Source: Mytilus trossulus (Eukaryota). From it: a stretch of 64,000 bases of DNA. A model generated the notes under the pieces. The model did not search any database and was not told the DNA's origin. It worked only from the letters and a program-made list of their open reading frames with translations. The translations under genes were made by a program, and so were the position numbers. Within the stretch, counting starts at the first letter, position 1; every line of letters starts with the position of its first letter. Positions 26,001 through 40,200 of this stretch are shown one piece after another. The DNA lies in contig NC_086373.1 in NCBI RefSeq assembly GCF_036588685.1, positions 42,098,001-42,162,000 on the forward strand. The letters run 5' to 3'.

Positions 26001-28279
26001 GAATCATTTCCATTGCATCTGTTAATTACATTTCACCAACTCTTCCATGTTCGACGCGTGGAACTGTTACTCTTCCGGAAACTACACATCTTGACATTTT
26101 ATCAGTATTGGATGAAATGGAAGGAGCACAATAAAGTTATTATTTAAAATTTCTTTCTTCTGTAGTTATATCCCTCCACAAAAAAAGTGTAGGGCTTTAC
26201 AGGAACCACCATGTCCTTCTGTCTGTCAATTTTCCTTGTTAGTGGTTATCCTTGTAAATTACTTTATGGATACTAATGTGGACACAATAAAAATATATAA
26301 CCATATAAACAAATAAATCTGTGACAATTCTGCTTCTATTGGTATCAAGTTGCTTAAAATCAAACCAAAAATGACCCCCAAAATATTTTTTTGAAAAAAT
26401 GATGTTTTATATATAATATATATATAGGGAAAATTTCAAGTGACGAATACTTATGGCCACACTCTGTGTACATGGTGTACATGACACAATTAAAAATGCA
26501 TAGGAAAAAAAACAACAAAAAAACTGGCCAACATAATTAATTAATTAATAGACAAACACATGTGGCGCCAGTTTATTGCATGCAGAAAAGTGAAACACGT
26601 TGCTTTTGCAAACTTTAACAGATTGGAGATATTTGTTCCGAACGCCAATTGACCATAATGTTTATAACTGCTAAAATTGCTGATCCTCAAAGTCAGAGAA
26701 TGGCTTTCAGCATGTGAGTTTCAGACCTGGTACCGGTTTGAGCTGAATCCTTTGCTATTTGCCGAGTTACTCTACATCAGTGCATTGAAGAAAACCGGGC
26801 TGTGTGGTTATATCATCAAATCAAAACAAAAATCTAGCAAAGTCATACAAATTCTATCGTCGAATGCAGAAACAATACAAAAATTTAAAAAAAAAACATG
26901 GATATCACAAGCTTTGTTTTTCGTAGTAATTTAGGTATGAAGGTAAAATCACTTATATGTGAACTATAGTCTCTTCGGGGGATCCAGTTTATGCAATTTT
27001 TAATCTTTTTATATCTATCAATAAAATATTATGGATACCAGTGCATTCAAAAATAACACCAACTTTGATATTGCAATTGTTAAAAAATTGATCAAAGTTA
27101 AACGTCGTTAACATTGGAATTAGTTACTATAAGTACCGTACAACAGAACATTCAGACCAGCAGAACATCCGGAGTCTCCAGACTGATGGACCGTCGGAAA
27201 AGTGGACGTATGTAAATTCGGACAATCGCACGATCTTATCAAATAAGATCACGCTGTAAAACATTTTTGTTAATAAATGTTTAAAGAGTGTAATTTTTGT
27301 TTACATTGAAAACGTACTTCATACTCTACATTTCCGCTCGTATTTACCATTGACAAACCATGAATGACTTCAGACCTTTATTTTATATTGTTATCAATAT
27401 TGCATCCGATATTATACCATGCACATTATATTCTTATCTAAGTTTAATAATACCTTTTGACATTTGATCAAATCTAAATGTTTAAATCTTTAAATGCCTT
27501 CAATACACATTCCTCTGTTCAATTTCATTTAAATGGCAACAGTTACCATACAAATATTTATTCGTCGGCTGAGTATGTCTTCCGATTGAAACCCTATAAT
27601 TACCTTTTATCAAATGTATAGTCACGTTGAGTCTAAATTATGACTTGTAACAATATTATTAATTAAGTTAATTTACGGCTATTTTATTGTGAAAATACCA
27701 ACTGTACTCAATTTATATATACAGTACACTATAACATACGCAAACCATTTAAACCATTGACGACTCAATGAATATAAAAAGATATAAAACTTTTTTATTC
27801 TTTTTTTTTTATAAGTTTTACCCAGAGTTTTAACCAGTTGTGATATCGAATATTGGTACTAATTTGGGAAGACGTTCAATACGAAATAACTTAAAAGAAT
27901 AAACTTTAAAATTCATTGTTTACCATTAAAATTTTACATTCATGTAAACAATAAACATATATTTTACTTTATTGATCTGTTTTAATAATTAATGTATTTA
28001 AATCTAAAAATAAACCAATCATCCAATTTAAATCACGTTGATACCATCGAAAACCCCTCTCTGCACCTCGTTAATGAGGCTTTAAAACTTTACCAGCGTA
28101 AGAAAATTGTAAACTTTAATATATACATATGTACACATACGAACCCTACATATTAAAACACCTCACTATTTTATGAATATCTTCGACTAAAGTGGGAAAT
28201 ACTCATAGATTAAAGAATTTTAAAAATGGAAAGTGAATTTTATAGATGGACGGATTATTGACAGTTGGATTAGAAAACT

Positions 28280-31200
28280 ATGCCTGCTTATATGGGAGAT
28301 GATGGCATCTCACCTGAACAGGTAAGATAGAAATAACCTTTTTAATACATGTTATATTTTAATGTTAAAATATTGATTTGAATTCTGGGTGAAGGAATAA
28401 CACAACTCATTTAATTTGTTGAATACTCTTAAAGTATGGTCCGGTTTTAACATGTGAGTCTATTGAACGTAAGTGGTTGATTTATTGTACTGTATAACTG
28501 TTAAAACTATGTTGGGTATATATATATATATCTGTAAAAACACAAACTGGTTACCACTGAGTAGTCCAGTACAAACTTTAGGATTTAAATTTTGGGATTA
28601 GGGGGTTGTTTGGATGGGGTGAAGTTCGTCCCCTTGCTTCCTCCTAGGTTCAATCCTGTTGACGGAATATCAACATCCAAAATGTTATCCACAATGAAAC
28701 GGAAAAAGGAGTACCATAAGGCCCGACATAAGGCTTCGAATTTTTTCCCAAAGGAGTGATCTTCTATATTGTGTATCCTCTAAATATTGTAAATTTACTA
28801 GATATTGTTCAAGTGCTGGGACATGACCGTCTAGTAGATCAGCCAGAATTGAAAATCAAACCCCAATTTTAAATTATAGCCATAGGCGGATCCAAGTGAT
28901 CCAAGAAATCAAGTGATACAGGGGAAAGTAACATATTTTTCTATTGTTATTGTATTGCTTAGAAGCTGTCCCCACATGCTTCATTCATTTAAAAACACAT
29001 GTATAGGGGTATATACGTTTCCTTGGGCGACGTTTAGAATGAACTTTGCTTTTTTTTTGCCACATTTTGTACAAAATGGAAAAAAATATTAAAAATAATC
29101 TGGTGCTGTATAGTGACCACAAAATAGATATCAAATTAAATATAATTATTTGGCATTTAAACACGTTGATGATTGTAACACATTATTAAATTGAACGCGA
29201 CACAAACATGAATCTTTGTATAAATATAGAGAAATGTAAACAAAAACATGAAAAATTAAACTACCCAGTCTAATATCTTTAGTTCTGACCATTGCTTCAA
29301 ATTTGAAATGTTTGATTGATATATATGAATGACTTTTAATACATTGGGCTTAGGAAGCTGTGAAAAAGTAAATAAATTATATAATGGTCAACGTGAATAG
29401 GACATAATACAATAGATGTATAAAGTGTAATGGAGAAAAGGTAGTAAACTTATTTATGAACCCGTTGATAAAGAAGAATCATTCAGGAATATTGAATGAT
29501 GACATTTCAAATTATTATGAGATCATGTTTCAGACAAGTTGCATTATCTAAATGTACCTGACCATAAGTATAAAATCACTACGAAGATGTTTACCCAGAC
29601 AATTGCTTCTTAAATCAAGGTTCTGTCTAACTAAGATCAATATCCACTTTATCTCTTTTTGTTATGTACTTTAAGTAATTAAAACCCAGCATTAATTGCA
29701 TGTAGTGTAATGTGATAATGAAAATATCAATATTTAAATTGTAACATGGTAAGACTTTGTTCGTGCTGTTATTGTTTGCAGGCAACATCTGATAAGTACA
29801 TTTGTAAGAAATCGATGCAGGAGAAGGACAAAGTTTAGAATTATCTGTAACCCCTTCTTTCACTTACCATGCAGTCCGACGTACTCAATGAGTTCCGGTT
29901 GTATGATAAATATATTACCCTGTGTGTCGGTCTAGTACCAATCAGAATATTCAAAATTAAATAGTCAAAGTTAAGAACATGATGTATGATCGCCAATGAG
30001 ACAACTCTTTACCAGATACCACACGAGGTAGAAGTAAGCAAACTTAAAGTCACCATATGCCTTCAACAATGGGCAAACTCCATAACGTAGTGCAAGCCCC
30101 TTAAGGTATCTAAATGACAAATGTAAAACAATTCAAACGAGAAAAATAACTATATTCATGTAAAAAAAACGTATCGTCCTAAATAAAATAAGATAAGATA
30201 AGATATGTATAAGAGTTGTCGTTTTTTTATGGATATGTGTTTGTCGATGTGTTATTTTTAGGTAGCGTAAATTACATAAAATCCATGTTCAAATGGCACA
30301 AAGAAAACAAACCACAACATAAAGTTTCCATTCAAATCACTATGTAATCTGCTAAATGTATATCAGTTTGACAAACTAAAACAGTTGAACAATAATCCTA
30401 ATTCACTAACACAATATTATTCTCAAGTCTTCTAGCTTACTATCTCGACTCTATATATTCTAATTTCTCTCTCTCTCTTCCCTTTATAAACATAATAACA
30501 GGCGATACCCCGACAGTTCAAACGATAGGGTACCGGGCGGTACCTTAACGGTTTTAAAGAAGGGCTACCGGGCGGTACCTTGACGGTTTCAAAGATGGGG
30601 TACCGGGCGGTTCTTAACATACCGGGCGGTGTATTTAAATTAATTAGATATCGTTCAAATAAATAAGATACGGGGCGGTGCCTTTTTGAAATGTAATTTA
30701 ACCAAAATGTATTAAAAAGAAAGACATCTTACATAATTATATATTATACTGACTTAACCAAAATCGCTACAATAAGATTATCTTATATCTTATCTTATCG
30801 CACTGAATATGATTCTTATATATGGCACTGACCGTTTATCATTTATTCATTTTAGAAAAAAAAACACTTTTACTTGATAAAAGAAGAAACCATATGATGC
30901 TGAAAGTATTATTTAAACTGAACACTTGTCTATATTGCTTACATCCACTTGTATGAAATTTTGTGGATATAGTTGTATCAATGGCAATCATACCATATCC
31001 CCTTATTTTTTGCAGAACAAACTTTACTTCAGGAGTATCTATACTTGACTTAAAAACAAAATATCCGTATAACTTGATTTTCAATTCTGCTATTAACATT
31101 ACAGAGAAAAATCAATGATGCTTGTCTGGAAGGAAGTTTGAAAGATATTAAAGAATGTCTTGGACAGGATGGTGTTTCGCAATATGTAAAGGTATGTCAC

Positions 31201-34200
31201 CGATTTGTTAAAGCAATTAAACTTTTAATAAGATGTAAGTATTAGTATACATGATTGGCGTAACGATAAATTTGAAATTAATCTTCCTGATCTGCAATAC
31301 TAGTAGTTGAAATCATTGGTAAACATGCATCTGAAAGAAAGTTTTACAACATTTCGATTCAGTATAATATATGTCAAACCTTATAAAGTGCTCATATCTT
31401 TGATTTTAAAAAAATATAATCAGTCAAAGTTGAGCTGCTGATATCTTTTAATAACAGTACATGCATATATATTGTACACATATCGCTTTTGTCTCGCCTA
31501 TGACGAATGTTTCAGAATGCTAACTGTGGAAATTTTAATCAGGCAACGACGGCAGTAGCTTTTTCCAGAGAGTTTTATGCTTTGTCTTTACACCTTAACA
31601 GCAGTTGCGAGAGTCCTCCTCCCAACTTTATCAAGAATGAATGAGTGGCTTTAAGCTAGCTGTCATGTAACTGCGAGTACTATCAGATCAGTACCTTGTG
31701 TTTTTTTGTCGTTGGGATGTACAAGTACTCGGCCACGTCCACTTGTATTTTTGTCAATCGGAGGAGTTAAGCCTTTTTAAACGGAGTTTTACGGTTCGCG
31801 CTTATGTTCATATGTTGTACTGTTATACCACTGTTCCGGCTTAAGGGAGGGTGGTATCCCGCTTACATGCCTAACTCTGCCACAGTATGTATGTATGTAT
31901 GTATGTATGTGCCTGTCTTATATAAGTCAGGAGCCTGTAATTCAGTGGTTGTTGTTTGTTAATGTATTGCATATTTGTTTTTGTTCATTTTTTGTACATG
32001 AATAAGGTCGTTATTTTCTCTTTTTAATTGATTTACATTGTCATTCTGGGGCTTTTATAGCTGACTATGCGATATGGGTTTTCGTCCCCATTCACAGGTT
32101 ATGCCTGCCTCATATTATTAATCTGTTTGGAAACTGATTTTGTTTCAGGACGGTATGATGCCGATGCATATTGTAGCATGCAGCGGACGTGAAGATGTGG
32201 AAGAAATAATAAGCTTCTTGTTACAAAGCGGAAGTGACGTTGATGGACAAACTAAATCAGACGAAGACACAATTCTTCACTTGATTCCAAGACATAATAT
32301 TATTCGGATAGCTTTCCCGACAATTCTTAAAATACTAGAATATAAACCGGATGTGTTCATTAGAAATAGGGTAAATATTATTCTTTTAAGTTTTATATAA
32401 TGTATATCCATATCTGTAATACTAAAATAACGAGGTCCAATTCGTCAGCCGTCATCACGTAAAAACGATGAATCAAAGAATTCAACTTTATATATAACTA
32501 ATATAGTACAATGCTGTTGATTAAAAATTACACCACTCCAGACCCTTTTGTTTTCAACATAATTGATATTGCCAATAATTAAGAAGTTCCGGGTCGAATC
32601 CGATACCGATACCAATAGTGGCATATTCACCTGTTACCTTTACCTTATCTGTACGTTCCGCATCTGACAGGCGCATCGCCAAACGCTGTATTTAGGATTT
32701 TGCTATATACACGGGATGTAATCACAGGGTTGACACTACTAAATTCAATCATTGTCATATTGTTCCCGATTGTAGTATTTTAATCAGTATTACTTTCTTA
32801 GATGACAATACGAATAATAAAAATCTATACTTAAACTAAGGCGTATAGGTACAGCATGTACAGTTTTCAATTTGTTAGCCGGAATGACGTAAAACAGCGA
32901 ATTAAAGAATTCAACTTTATTTATAAATCATAAAGGACTATTCTGGTTATAAAAAAAATACTCCTTTCCAGGCCCTTTTGTTTTCCAAATAAAATTGATA
33001 ATACCAATAATTGATAAGATCCAGGTCGACGGGTTCAAACAGAAAGATGCTGAAAGCAGAGAAAACTGTGCATCTTATAATCGGCATGAATTTATCAGAT
33101 GACAATACAAATACTAAAATAAGACTTACGCATAGTTATATTCTTTAATTCATTTACAGACCCGTGATATCACGGGTGTGTTCTAGTATTATGTACTTTT
33201 ATATCCATTAACTTTTTCTATTACTTCGTTATTTCTGTCTTCCCAAATTATGTACAAGTCATTTAACTAGCTGCGAAATTACGCAAATTTAAAAAACAGA
33301 CGATTTCATGAAACTTCCCTTGTATTGATAGTAAAAATGATATCAACACAACGATTTTTTATATCCCCATTGATTCGCGCGTTTTTCATAAGATTGTACT
33401 TCATGCTTCAATGTACCATAACCTCAGCTAAGTTAGAATAGTTAAATTTTATATTTCAGCATTTACGTTCACCTTATGACGAGGCAATAGCTCTAGGATA
33501 CTATGAGTTAGCTAATGTTTTAGATGGTAGTAGAAGTGCGCAAGATGCTAGAAAATATTACGAGCAAGGCATTGGCGCTATGTATGGTGTAAGTGAACCT
33601 ACTATATCTTTTGAATTCTCCATTAAGTCATTTCATTTATATAATCAAAAAAAAAGATAGGATAACAATGAGTAATAATCATATAGCCTGGTATCGGTAT
33701 CTTTGAGGAGGTTTTTATTTTATTTCAATACGCCATGGAACTGGTTTATGCATGCAGAGGAACACATACATTGACATACTGTTCAAATAGTTATCAAAGG
33801 TATATACCAAGATTATAATATAGTACGCCAGACGCGGGTTTCGTCTACAAAAAACTCATCAGTGACGCTCAAATCAAAAATATTTATAAACCCAAAAAAG
33901 TACAAAGTTAAGAGCATTGACTACAAAAGGATGCATAATCTTTGTGGTTGCCATGGTACATGACAATGACATCTGATACTTAAAATATTAGACTTAGATT
34001 ATATTATATCAAATAATTCAATCAGAAATGTTATTTTTTAAACAAAAATACCGAACTTCAATGTAATTTCTAAAAGGGGAAGTCCATAGAAGGTTAGACT
34101 ATATATCACCCAAATGGACAGATAGAAAATAACTGGCACGTTCCTGACTTGGAACTGGCATTTTTCGAAGAAAATGGTTGGTTGTTATAAATAAGAAGAA

Positions 34201-37200
34201 TGTGGTATGAATGCCAGCGAGACAACTATTCATCCAGGTCACAATTTATAAAAACTAAAAGGTTCACAATTATAGGTCAAAGTACGGCCTCTAATACGGA
34301 GCCTTTACTTCCACCGAACAAACCTGGTTTTGTAGATACCATATCCATGATATAAGTAAATTTGTAGATGTTGTTTAAGTTTGCCTTATTTTACCTTTAG
34401 GCAAAACTAGTGGAGGCTGTTATGAATAGTAAAGAAGATGTTGCAAAAGATTGCATAAAGAATGGTGCTAATGTTAATTATGTAAATGAGGTCAGTAGTA
34501 GCTGCAGTGCAAAAGGAGTTTAATTATTCATAAAATTTTCTTTAAAATTAAACGTCATTGCTCAGTTGAAAACTTAATAAAAATATAACAAACTTGAAAT
34601 GTTAAACCTAGGTATAGTTTCCTTGTTATTTGTTGCGAATTTTTAATGGTTGCCTTGGTTTTATTTTTTCGTTTCAATATCTAAAATTGAGAAAGGAAAT
34701 GGTGAATATGTCAAAGCGACAACCACCCGACCATAGACCAAACAACAGCCGAAGGCAACCAATGGGTCTTCAATGTAGCGAGAATTCCCGCACCTGTAGG
34801 TGTCCTTCAGCTGGCCCCTAAAATATGCATAATAGTACAGTGATAATGGACGTCATACTAAACTCCGAATTATACACAAGAAACTAAAATTTAAAATCAT
34901 ACAAGACTAACAAAGGCCAGAGGCTCCTGACTTGGGACAGGCGCAAAATTGCGGCGGGGTTAAACATGTTTATGAGATCTCAACCCTCCCCCTATACCTC
35001 TAGCCAATGTAGAAAAGTAAAAGAATAACAATACGCACATTAAAATTCAGTTCAAGAGAAGTCCCAGTCCGATGTCAAAAGATGTAACAAAAGAAAATTA
35101 AAAAAAATGACAATAATACATAAATAACAACAGACTACTAGCAGTTAACTGACATGCCAGCTCCAGACCTCAATTTAACTGATTGCAAGATTATGTCTTC
35201 ATCATATGAATCTAAGTTATTTTGCTGTGTATTGAACACAATTATTTTCCAAGTCTTTAAGTAAATTTATTATATTTTATTATTTCGTTGCATACGTTTT
35301 CATATAAAGTGTATTTAACATTTCTATTATTCATATTTTATAGCATGGGGCTGGTGCAATACATTACCTGTTTACGCATTATGAGCTTCCACCAGAAAAT
35401 ATTCTTCCATTATTGTTCACATCAAAAGCTGATCCAAATCTCAGAGATTATGTAAGTCTAGAAAGTTTAGATGAGTTTGAATAGTATCAATTGCCTCCTA
35501 CCCTTCTTAACTGTCTAATATGGGATTCAAATGTAATCTGCCTTGAATAGTAACAAATAAGATAATAAAACTTTTAAGATGCAATGGGTATTTTATCTTT
35601 ATTTGCTAATGATATATCAAATATGTGTGTCTATGATACGATCACAAATACTTACCAATCGGCTTCAACTCAAATAGTATGTGTCCATTTGACCCGTTAC
35701 ATATATGTTATTTTTTTAATAAACAATGTACTTTGTTTATGACTTGAAATGTTTTAAAATAGAACATCTACATAATATAAGTTCCAATTAAAAATATAAT
35801 CTCGAAAACTAATTCCAGTGGAACAAAAATTAGTTGTAGTATAAGTTTCTTTATACAGAATAAAGGGTATAGAATACATAACATACACAACAGGAACACA
35901 TATTATGGTTATACATGTATATATAACAAAGCTTCGCGGGGAACGTCTATTTGGCGGATCAAAAATACATACACGTTGACAGAAGCACATTTCATTGAAT
36001 TGGTATCGCAGGGTTGTTTCTTCAAGGAAAGACATATCGTTCGGAAAGAAAAAATATATGATTATAATATACGTCTTTCATTTTCTATGTTGTCTTTTGT
36101 GTACTTCATGTATTGTTTGTCTGTTTGTCATTTTCTTTATTAGTCATTGCTTCGTCCACTTATTTTCGACTTATGAGTTTGAATGTCCCTCTGGTATCTT
36201 TCGCCTCGCTTTAGTTAATATTATTGCAAGCATGGAAAATGTCATGATTAATTATTTCATGATAGAATGTATATAAAGATGCAAAATATTCAACAGCTGT
36301 GAACATAAAATATTTTTGCGTTTTACAGGAAGGTGATAACTGTTTAAATTTGGCAATAAAAAGTCAACGTCTTAGAGAAAGTGGAAACATGTACAAAATT
36401 GTAAACCAACTATTAGAAAAAGGTGCTCTCTCTACAGTCAAGGATTTGGTACGTACATCCTTTAAAGGAATATAATAATAAAAAAGAGAAATATAGATGA
36501 CCAGAAAGGTTTCTTAGATTTTAAAGAAGAAAAAACCCTTATGACATCAATTCCATACAAATGTATAATAATAAACATAATGGCTTATCAAGGTAATAAT
36601 TTTACGGGAATAATAGACAAAACTCCATTTTAAACTCGAATATTTTATAGTTCGACTTAGTAACCAACAGAATATTTGCTAAAATTCCTGTTTGAAAACA
36701 TGAAGCAAAGATTCAGTACTATGTCTTGGTCAAAATCTAAGATCATTAAAAAATGCATGCATTTTGAAGATTCATTTTAAGGAATTAAAATAATTACCAA
36801 GAGTGAATAAAGATAACACTTTATAAATTATGTACGCTTTTCTCGATTTGTCTTCATTCGCCCAAATCGACAACAAAGATCGATCAAAAAGTTAGAAACT
36901 TCAGCAGATATATGCCTCAAACGTCCAAACTCAATTTTAGTGATACCTGCATGTGGTAGTTTTATCAACATATAATACAATCAAGTCATGAACCAAAACA
37001 ATCACTACGTCTATTCCTGACCATGCTTTTGCCAAACATTGGTGTAAATGAATTTGACCTTCGTACATTTGCTTCAAAGAACATGTTTTATTCGCGTCCA
37101 TGAAACGACACCACAAAAATGCAAATAAACAAAAAATACATTTTGTCAGTTTTCCTCTCCTTTTAATTACAGGACGGACATGATGCTTTTGCTATAGCAA

Positions 37201-40200
37201 CATTGAGAGATTACAAAGACATAGTTAAACTGATTCGAAAGTTCAGAGCTGGTCATCTATCGGTAAGTTTGGTGAAGATTCATATCAAATATATTTTTTG
37301 AAAGAACAGTTTGATATAAAGACAGGTATTCTAATTTTGATCTACAGCTAGTATTTGATGCAAGTTCCTAGTTCAATTTTTGTATTCTTTAGTATACCAT
37401 TATTTATCTGTCTGCTCCTTGTTCTTCCATTTATATTCGTTTAAACATTATCAAGCCTACAGCTACAATGTAATTTGCCCTACAATTTTGTTAATGGCAC
37501 ACAAGTGAAGAATTATGCGATATCCTCGTTCAGGCCAGAATATGAAAGTATTTATAAATGTTTTCTTTTTTAAATTGAAAATGTTTTTTCTTCCCTACTA
37601 AAACATTCTCCCAATCTAAAGAGTGTCCAATTGCTATGTTTTCTTTGACATAGAAAGCAAATCTAAAGTATATCTCTCATGGTCAATTCTTGTACTCGAA
37701 AGCAAAACCGTTAAAGCACGATTAACTATAATGATATCAACTGTTAACCTATTGTCAATTTTTATCAAAATACAATTTAAAGTACTAGTGTTTTATTTAT
37801 TTTATCGTATTATTATTCCATTTTGTACATTTTCAATTTTGAAATAGGATGAAACGGTAAGATAGTTTGTTATATTTCAACACCTTTATCTGCAGACTCT
37901 ATGTAAACAGTCATCCTGTGAGTGATTGATCTTACTGTATTTTATTTTCAGACGTATATTTTCACTTTTCAATACAATTCTACCCTGGAGTACCCTAAAT
38001 GAATAGCTGTCTTTCAGCTTATCATTTCAGCTAATACTGTGAATAACAATGTCATTGTAGGATGTGCGAAGAAAACCCACAAAAAAGACACTTTATATGC
38101 AATAACTTTCTTACACATGTACAAATTTCCTAGTATTATAAGTGAAAAAATCCTAATAAACTAGAATACTTATAGGACGACGACGAACCTTCTATTATTA
38201 CACCAACGGTAAGACATCGCACATGCATGATATAGAAACACACGTACAAGTTTCCTTTTACGTAATATATTTTATATTTTTAATTCAGCATGTACTGGTT
38301 TATTGGTTATATTATCAAAGATGTTGCATGGATGTATCATTCTGTACTTCAATCCTCCTGAAGCATTTTCGCTTGGTTTACATACACTTCCGCATGCAGC
38401 AGTTATATATATTTTACCTCATGCCAGCACTGTTTTCTTTGCTGATTAAATCTCAAATTATCCAAAATCTATGCACAATTGTTCTATATCAAGTGCTTAT
38501 TTTACTTTTTAATTGGAAACAGGCTTTTTTGCTTCTTTGTCAAATATTTTCTAGATTTGTTTTTTTTTGCAGCATAGATCGTGGCATGTTTCAAATTATA
38601 TTTTTTACTTATATATTTTTTTAAGAAACTTTATTTCAGCAGAGTCATATATTTCGACTTCATCAGTTTTTTGTTATTCTGTTTATGTCCCTTAGTTTTA
38701 AATGTTTAAGACGTTATACATACCAGTATATGGCTTCCTCTTTATACTTTACATAATAAACATTATTAAAGAAACTTATCGTGCTTACATAAATTGAAGT
38801 CATGTTGTTGTAAAACTGAATTACCTTAGAGTGATTAAGATGTTCTCTCCAGGTTCCCATGTGTCATAAAGCTCCTCACGTTTTAAAATGTTTTTTTTAT
38901 GGGTTGAGCGTTCCTGCTAAAGATAGACACAGAAAAGCGCTACAGACACATCAAAATTATTTTTATTTTCTAACGCTGGGTCAAAACCCATGATGGTAGA
39001 CTAGTATTATAAGTATACCTCGAAGGTATCATAATCACATCAAATTATTAAAGTATTGTTTTATTTTGAATTATTTAAATGACTTCAAATGCATTTGACA
39101 AGTCATATATATTTGCATGTTGTGGGTTCTTTTATGTTCTCAGATTCGAATTCTATTGTTTAATATTTTATCTGAAAATGGAATTTAAGACAAAAAAGGT
39201 TTATATCTTATTTCTCGAAATTATATATATATTCTGCAGTATCATTGAATGTGTTTCGTTTTGGCGTATCTTCTCTGAACCTGATATGATATTTACTGTT
39301 GATTAAGCTAGGCTTAGTCCTGCTATCAAGCAGATCAATATATTGTTTTTCCTTGTTTAGTTATAATCTTGCAAAATTGTAGACGAAAAAGAACGCTCAT
39401 AATACACCGGTAAGAATGGATGTTCACTAAAATTCACGTTTTTTATTTCTTTGTTTTAAAATTTCACTTTAACATAAAATTAATCAATTTTAAAAGGGGT
39501 TTTTGTTAAAGAGTTCTTTTGGTTTTTATTTCGGATGAACACTTTAAATTTTATTTTTTTATAATTCATTTTTTGCTTCATCAGAATGTGAATTATAAAT
39601 TTATGATAATGCTTTTTTTGTTAAAGTGAAAGATGATAAATCGACGAATCTTATTGTATTGACCTTATACCTTCAACCCAACTGTTCGCAACGGTAGGTG
39701 ATGCATGCACTGTAGGAGTCGCTAACAATGCCGACACACCCAGTATAAGTTCTTTTGGAACTCATGATACTCCTTTAGTTTTGTTGGTTACCATGAATTG
39801 TGTCCTATTTTGATTTTTGTTATCTATCATCAATTCCCTATTCCTTTGCACATTAAATTTAAATAATATTAGATTTGTTCTGCTTATTCAACCCATAATT
39901 GAGGTCATGTAAGCCGCAATTTCTGCGACGATGATATTTGTTCAACAAAAACAACAAAACGTAATTAAGGTTGACTTATTATATAATTTTGTAGGAGAAA
40001 AAGGAACAATTCGTGCCAGCGGTTAGACAAACATAGTCGTAATTGTTTTGTCCACTAACACGCATGTGAAATATTGACTAAAAAACCCATTAGTATATTT
40101 GTTATGTTAAAATAATTTTAATGTAATTTATGAACGATAAGCGAATAGACTACTTTCGAGTTCATCCGTCACCGGAAAAAAATTGTCAATTATACGCGCC

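Noticed and set aside
28292-28321. N-myristoylation from the second Met (MGDDGIS)
   Set aside because: Acidic residues after Gly are unfavourable, and an upstream in-frame ATG exists.
37896-37917. Extra microexon cag|..|gtgagt
   Set aside because: 22 nt (frameshifting) and would leave a 39-nt intron.
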